Origin: an uncultured delta proteobacterium
GTDB lineage: Bacteria; Myxococcota; Myxococcia; Myxococcales; Anaeromyxobacteraceae
Reading direction: 5' to 3'
Length of the DNA stretch: 64,000 bases
Assembly: GCA_963828255.1 (NCBI GenBank)
Contig: CAWHDZ010000018.1
Coordinates: 32,001 to 96,000 of the forward strand
The notes under the pieces were generated by a model, which was not told the origin of the DNA, ran no database searches, and saw only the letters and a list, made by a program, of their open reading frames with translations. Shown in pieces: positions 59,492 to 64,000 of the stretch. Numbering within the stretch: the first letter of the stretch is position 1; each line of letters begins with the position of its first letter. The position numbers and the translations under genes are program-made.

Positions 59492-61438
59492 CTAGTCGGA
59501 CGACCCGCCGAAGTACTTGCGCGCGTCGAGGCGGAAGCGGAGGTAGATGTTCCAGCTCGGCCCCAGGCTGAAGGGCTCGCCGGTGGCTCTGTAGGTCACG
59601 TCCATCGGGAACTCGACGTTGAAACCAAGCTGGAACTCGGCCGCGAGCGCGAGCGTGGTCGCGAAGACCCGTGGCGGAACGAATTCGAGGACCGGAAAGT
59701 CGAGCTCCAGCGAGTTGTGGTTGATCACCTTCGCGTCGGCCGCGCTCGCGGTGGGCGTGTAGATGAACTGGTTCGTGTGGCCGGTGAAGCCCCACAGCGT
59801 GAAACCGACCTCACGCCCCGCCATGAACTGGAAGCTTCCGATGGCGGTCTCCCACTTGCGCTGGACCGGGAGGATCCCGCCTCCGGCGGCCGCGAAGACC
59901 ACCTCGGTGAGCGTCTGCGGGGAGGTGAACATGAGCACCGGACCGAGAACGATGAGGTCGAAGGGCAGCACGTAGAACGGCATCCGCATCGAGAGCTTCA
60001 GGGCCGACCGCGAGCCCACGCGCGGGATTGCCGGGTCGGTCCGCCTCCCGATCCCGGTGCAGGTCGTGCACCCGAGGTCGAGCTGGACAGGGCCCGCCAC
60101 CAGCTCGCCCTGGAGCCAGATCTGCCCGTCCATGTTGCTCGTGATGACCCCCTCGAGCCCGATGCCGACCCGGGCGCCGATCTCGAACTCCGACCGGATG
60201 CGGGTGTTGTTCCAGCTGTCGTAGCCGCCCATGGCGAGCCCGAGGGTGTAGCCGGAGATCGCGCCCACGAAGGGCCCGATCTCGGCGCGGGAGCGCGGAG
60301 GGTGGATCTCGTCCTTGCCGCCCGCCGGGATCGGGGTGCCCTGGAGGACCATCTGGGTTGCGCTCCGGGCCACCGGCTGGTCCGGCGTAGGCGGCAGGTA
60401 CTCCTCCTTGCAGAAGTTGAAGGCTACGATCGTCTTCTCGGCGGGGGAGAGCGGTTCGGCCGGGAGCGGGAAGCGCCCCTCGGCGGCGGTCGCGATCTGG
60501 GCCAGGCTCTGGCGCACGGTCGCCGCGGCCACCTTCATGTCCTGCTCGCTCATGTGGCCGTCGCCGTGGCTGGCGAAGAGGTCGCCCTTCCATGTCATCG
60601 TCGTGAGGCCGATGGTGGAGTAGAGATCATGGGTGCCCTTCTGCCAGGCGGCCCCACCCCAGGTGGCGGCATAGTGGCCCGCGGAGAAGGAGTCCTCGAG
60701 GAAGTGGAGGGCCACCCCCTCGGCGAGGAGCGCCCGAGCGCCGAGTTCCGCCCGCTCGGCCTCCGGCGCCGCGTGGTACAGGGCGGCGTAGCGCAGGGCC
60801 AGCATGTGGTACAGGGCGTAGAGCCCGGTGGCGTTGATCTCGGTGCCCGGCGAGAGCACCCGGTCGAGGTACTTGCCGAGGTCCTCCTTGGCCGCCACGG
60901 GCGCCCGGGGGAAGAGGAAGTGGGCGTTGTTGCCCTCGGCTCGCGTGAGGTATCGCGGGTCCACGTACTGCATGGCCAGGTGGGACAGGCTCAGGAAATC
61001 GGTGCGCTGGGCCTCGTCCTTCGAGCTCGCGAGGCGCTCCTTCGTCTTCGCCGCCACCCACACCACCTTCGCCGCCCACGGCTCCTTGGCGGCGTCGGAC
61101 CACAGTTCCGCGGCGGTGCAGGAGTGGTCGCCCGCGAGCGCCGGGAAGGCGGCGAAGTCGACGCAGACCTTGTCCCACTCGCCTCTCGGGACGTTGGTCG
61201 GCTCGGACCCGGGGTCGACGACCTTCTCGCAGACCTGCTTGCCCCCGATCGCGCGAACCCCCACCCACATCTGGTCGATGGTCTTCTTCTGCGCAGCCGG
61301 GAGATCGCGGAGTGCCTCGGCGGCGATGTCCCGGTGCTCCGGCCAGATCCAGGCGGCCGCCGACGTCGGGAGCAGCGTCGCCGCAAGGAGGAACAGGACG
61401 GTGGCGGCGAATCCAGCTCCAGCAGTGCGCGGTTTCAC
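59492..61438 (-). CDS. Secreted Zn-dependent phospholipase C/P1-nuclease-like domain fused to a predicted beta-barrel
   Basis: AAA-WIWPEH (mature W1/H6), GDH, NAH, HFLEDSFSAGH, HD; beta-strand-rich C-terminal half ending RKYF. Confidence 0.7.
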   Translation of the reverse strand: MKPRTAGAGFAATVLFLLAATLLPTSAAAWIWPEHRDIAAEALRDLPAAQKKTIDQMWVGVRAIGGKQVCEKVVDPGSEPTNVPRGEWDKVCVDFAAFPALAGDHSCTAAELWSDAAKEPWAAKVVWVAAKTKERLASSKDEAQRTDFLSLSHLAMQYVDPRYLTRAEGNNAHFLFPRAPVAAKEDLGKYLDRVLSPGTEINATGLYALYHMLALRYAALYHAAPEAERAELGARALLAEGVALHFLEDSFSAGHYAATWGGAAWQKGTHDLYSTIGLTTMTWKGDLFASHGDGHMSEQDMKVAAATVRQSLAQIATAAEGRFPLPAEPLSPAEKTIVAFNFCKEEYLPPTPDQPVARSATQMVLQGTPIPAGGKDEIHPPRSRAEIGPFVGAISGYTLGLAMGGYDSWNNTRIRSEFEIGARVGIGLEGVITSNMDGQIWLQGELVAGPVQLDLGCTTCTGIGRRTDPAIPRVGSRSALKLSMRMPFYVLPFDLIVLGPVLMFTSPQTLTEVVFAAAGGGILPVQRKWETAIGSFQFMAGREVGFTLWGFTGHTNQFIYTPTASAADAKVINHNSLELDFPVLEFVPPRVFATTLALAAEFQLGFNVEFPMDVTYRATGEPFSLGPSWNIYLRFRLDARKYFGGSSD

Positions 61439-62571
61439 GGTTGCTCCTTCAGTTCGAGACGCTTCGGACCTCCATCGACGTCGCCGACCCAGGCGACGAG
61501 GAGCGTCCAGGTGACTGCCAGCAACACGGGCCCGATGAAGAGGCCGATGACCCCGAAACCGATCACCCCACCGATCACGCCGGAGAGGATGAGGATGAGG
61601 GGAAGGTCGGCCCCCTTCTTGATGAGCATGGGGCGAAGGACGTTGTCGAGCGTCAGGGCCACGATCGAGATCACGAGGAGCAGGGTTCCTCGCCCCACCG
61701 CCCCGGACGAGTAGAGCCAGATGGTCGCAGGCGCCACCACGAGGATCGGTCCGATCTGGGCGATGCAGAGGACGAACACGATGGCCGTGAGGAGACCGGC
61801 GCCCGGGATGCCTGCGACGAAAAGCCCGACCCCTGCGAGCACCGTCTGCGCCACCGCGGTGACGATGACACCCAGCGCCACCGCCCGCACCGCCTTGGCA
61901 GCCAGCCGTCCAGAATTCTCCGTCCGCTCCCCGCCGAGGCGGCGCAGGAAGCGCAGGACACCCTTCGCCGCAGACTCTCCCGAAGCGTAGAGGATGCCGG
62001 CGACGATCACCATGAGCAGGAGCTGGACGATCACGCCGCCAAGATCCCCCGCTTCGGAGACGATCCACTGCACCGTCTGCCGTGCGTACGGCTGGAGCCG
62101 CGTGACGACCGCCTCTGGATTGCCGGTGAACCCTTGCCACCTCCCGGCCAGCCGCTCACCCAGGAGCGGCACCCGGTGCAGCCAGTCCGGTGGAGGCGGG
62201 AAGCCCTGGGTCGCGAGCGATCGCAAGGACTCGCCGATCCGGTCCGCGTTGCTCACGACCGCTTCAACCCCGATCCAGATGGGCGTCACGACCAGCGCGA
62301 GAAGCGCGATGACCATGATCGCCACCGCTGGGCCCCGGCGTCCCCCGAGGCGGGCCTGGAAACCGGTGAGGATGGGCCAGGTCGCGATGACGATGGTCGC
62401 GGCCCACACCACCGAGAGGGCGAACGGACGCATCACCCAGATGCTTGCGCCGACCATCGCGCCCATGGCGAGGACGCCCAGCGTGATGCGGGGGAGGTCG
62501 TATGCCGGCGGGGAGGGATTCAGGGAGTGCCTCGTTGGTACAGGTGGACCAGCAATGAATCTCGCGCTCAC
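61435..62571 (-). CDS. ydiK: AI-2E family transporter YdiK
   Basis: DLPRITLGVL, WAATIVIATWP, AVALGVIVTA, DNVLRPMLI, GLFIGPV.LAV; start GTG 62571 (coupled) or CTG 62523. Confidence 0.9.
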   Translation of the reverse strand: MSARFIAGPPVPTRHSLNPSPPAYDLPRITLGVLAMGAMVGASIWVMRPFALSVVWAATIVIATWPILTGFQARLGGRRGPAVAIMVIALLALVVTPIWIGVEAVVSNADRIGESLRSLATQGFPPPPDWLHRVPLLGERLAGRWQGFTGNPEAVVTRLQPYARQTVQWIVSEAGDLGGVIVQLLLMVIVAGILYASGESAAKGVLRFLRRLGGERTENSGRLAAKAVRAVALGVIVTAVAQTVLAGVGLFVAGIPGAGLLTAIVFVLCIAQIGPILVVAPATIWLYSSGAVGRGTLLLVISIVALTLDNVLRPMLIKKGADLPLILILSGVIGGVIGFGVIGLFIGPVLLAVTWTLLVAWVGDVDGGPKRLELKEQP

Positions 62572-63617
62572 GCCTCGGCAAACTGGACGACGACCTTGAT
62601 GTCACCCTCCCCGCGTTGCAGGGCCTCCGCGAATTCCTCGGGCCGCTCTCTTCGCGTCAGGAGTCGCCCGAGCCATGAGCGATCGGCGCGGGCCAGCGCC
62701 TCGCCGGCCTTGTACCAGTGGCGCTTGTTGGCGTTGACGCTGCCGACCACCACGTTGTTCTGGAGCACCACCTCGGCGGCGACGTCGGCGGTGGTGAGCC
62801 CGGAGGTCCGACCACCGTGCCCCACCCCGGTGAGACAAACCACGCCACCGGCCCCGATTCCCCTGATCGAGTCGGCGATCACCTGTCCGGCTCCCGTACA
62901 TTCGACAATGACGTCCGGTTCGAATCCGACGTCCTTCACCGAGCCGGAGTGGTAGGTCGCGCCGAGGGCCTGCACGAGGTCGGGCTTCGGGCCCGACGTC
63001 TCCCGACTCAGGACGTGGACGTCGAGCCCGCGCTGCATGCCGACCATCGCGGCCAGGAGCCCGATGGGCCCCGCGCCCGTCACCAGCGCCGTTCGTGGCT
63101 CCCAGAACGAACGCTGGCCGACCCGGGCGACCTGCTCCCAGGCCTTCGCCACCACCGTCGTGGGCTCGAGGAGGACGCCCAGGATGCCGAGGGATCGGTC
63201 GATCTTCATGGCGTACTCGGGCTCGATCCGCCATCGCTCCGACATGAAGCCGTCGATCTGCTTGATGCCGCGCTCGGTATACTGCCCGTTCCGGCACATG
63301 TCCCACTCCCCCACCGCGCAGTTGGGGCAAGGAACGGGATCGGGACGGCGGACGATCCCCACCACGAGATCGCCCTTCTGGAGGCCGCCGGACGGGCCGG
63401 GGTCGATGACCCGGCCGAGGGATTCGTGACCCAGCACGAGATCCTTCTTTCCGGAGGGAGCCCAGCCGTACTTCCCCTCCACGATCTCGATGTCGGTGCC
63501 ACAGACCCCGACGGCGATGGCTTCGACCAGCACCGATCCGCTGGCCGGGTCTGGTTCCGGGACCTGCGCCAGTCGAGCAGACCCGGGGACTTTCGGCTCC
63601 ACGGTGATCGCACGCAT
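62568..63617 (-). CDS. Zn-dependent glucose 1-dehydrogenase (archaeal-type MDR)
   Basis: GVCGTD, LGHESLG, GIVRRPD..PC..C, ERGIK..DG, EP..VVAK, GSVN. Confidence 0.88.
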   Translation of the reverse strand: MRAITVEPKVPGSARLAQVPEPDPASGSVLVEAIAVGVCGTDIEIVEGKYGWAPSGKKDLVLGHESLGRVIDPGPSGGLQKGDLVVGIVRRPDPVPCPNCAVGEWDMCRNGQYTERGIKQIDGFMSERWRIEPEYAMKIDRSLGILGVLLEPTTVVAKAWEQVARVGQRSFWEPRTALVTGAGPIGLLAAMVGMQRGLDVHVLSRETSGPKPDLVQALGATYHSGSVKDVGFEPDVIVECTGAGQVIADSIRGIGAGGVVCLTGVGHGGRTSGLTTADVAAEVVLQNNVVVGSVNANKRHWYKAGEALARADRSWLGRLLTRRERPEEFAEALQRGEGDIKVVVQFAEA

Positions 63618-63619
63618 GC

Positions 63620-64000
63620 TTACGCTCCGGCTCCCTTGGCGGCGCGGGCACCCTTGAAGAAGCCCGCCTCCTTGCCCACCTCGAGGAGCCGCTTCGGGTC
63701 CATCAGGGCGTACATCTGCATGAGCCTGGCCACGACCCCGGTCCAGCCGGTCTGGTGGTTGGCGCCGAGCCCGGCGCCGTTGTCGCCGTGGAAGTACTCG
63801 TAGAAGAGGATGTTGTCGCGCCAGTGCGGGTCGGTCTGGAACTTCTCGGTGTGGCCGTTCACGGGGCGCCGCCCCTTCTCGTCGCGCAGGAAGGTCCGGC
63901 CGAGACGGTCGGCGATCTCCTTGCTCACCTCGAAGAGGTTCATCAGCTTGCCGGACCCGGTGGGGCACTCGATCCGGAAGCTGTCGCCGTAGTACAGGTA
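63620..64000 (-). CDS. C-terminal part of GH63/MGH1-like glucosidase (5' beyond window)
   Basis: [39 protein letters not shown]. Confidence 0.9.
   Translation of the reverse strand, partial: YLYYGDSFRIECPTGSGKLMNLFEVSKEIADRLGRTFLRDEKGRRPVNGHTEKFQTDPHWRDNILFYEYFHGDNGAGLGANHQTGWTGVVARLMQMYALMDPKRLLEVGKEAGFFKGARAAKGAGA

Overview
Very GC-rich bacterial chromosomal segment. Gene content points to an Anaeromyxobacter-like member of Myxococcota: a MYXO-CTERM-anchored protein, a TIGR04563-like small protein, a GldAFG/DUF4340 ABC cluster and a Hanks kinase. Positions 1-49.5 kb are mostly core or semi-core genes: helicase end, MacAB-like exporter, tdh-kbl, a sigma54-type surface protein/beta-barrel pair, uppS-cdsA-dxr-rseP-tsaB operon, Ser/Thr kinase, a DnaD-like + DnaC-like pair, lysC, rpoZ, CIRCE-controlled groESL, peptidases, dps, acyl-CoA dehydrogenase, large NAD-GDH and a RIO1 kinase. 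From about 49.5 kb the region looks accessory. It holds a hairpin-rich spacer, gene scraps (HepT/MntA, VIT), a PPi-type pfk with an attenuator-like 5' leader, and a minus-strand run: GH63 glucosidase, glucose dehydrogenase, YdiK, PLC/P1-nuclease-barrel fusion, OM barrel, SulP, DUF2252, Cys-repeat-barrel fusion. No rRNA, tRNA, CRISPR array or intact transposase was recognised. Several 1-nt deletions in G/C runs suggest long-read sequencing error. All family calls come from motif recognition by eye, not database searches.
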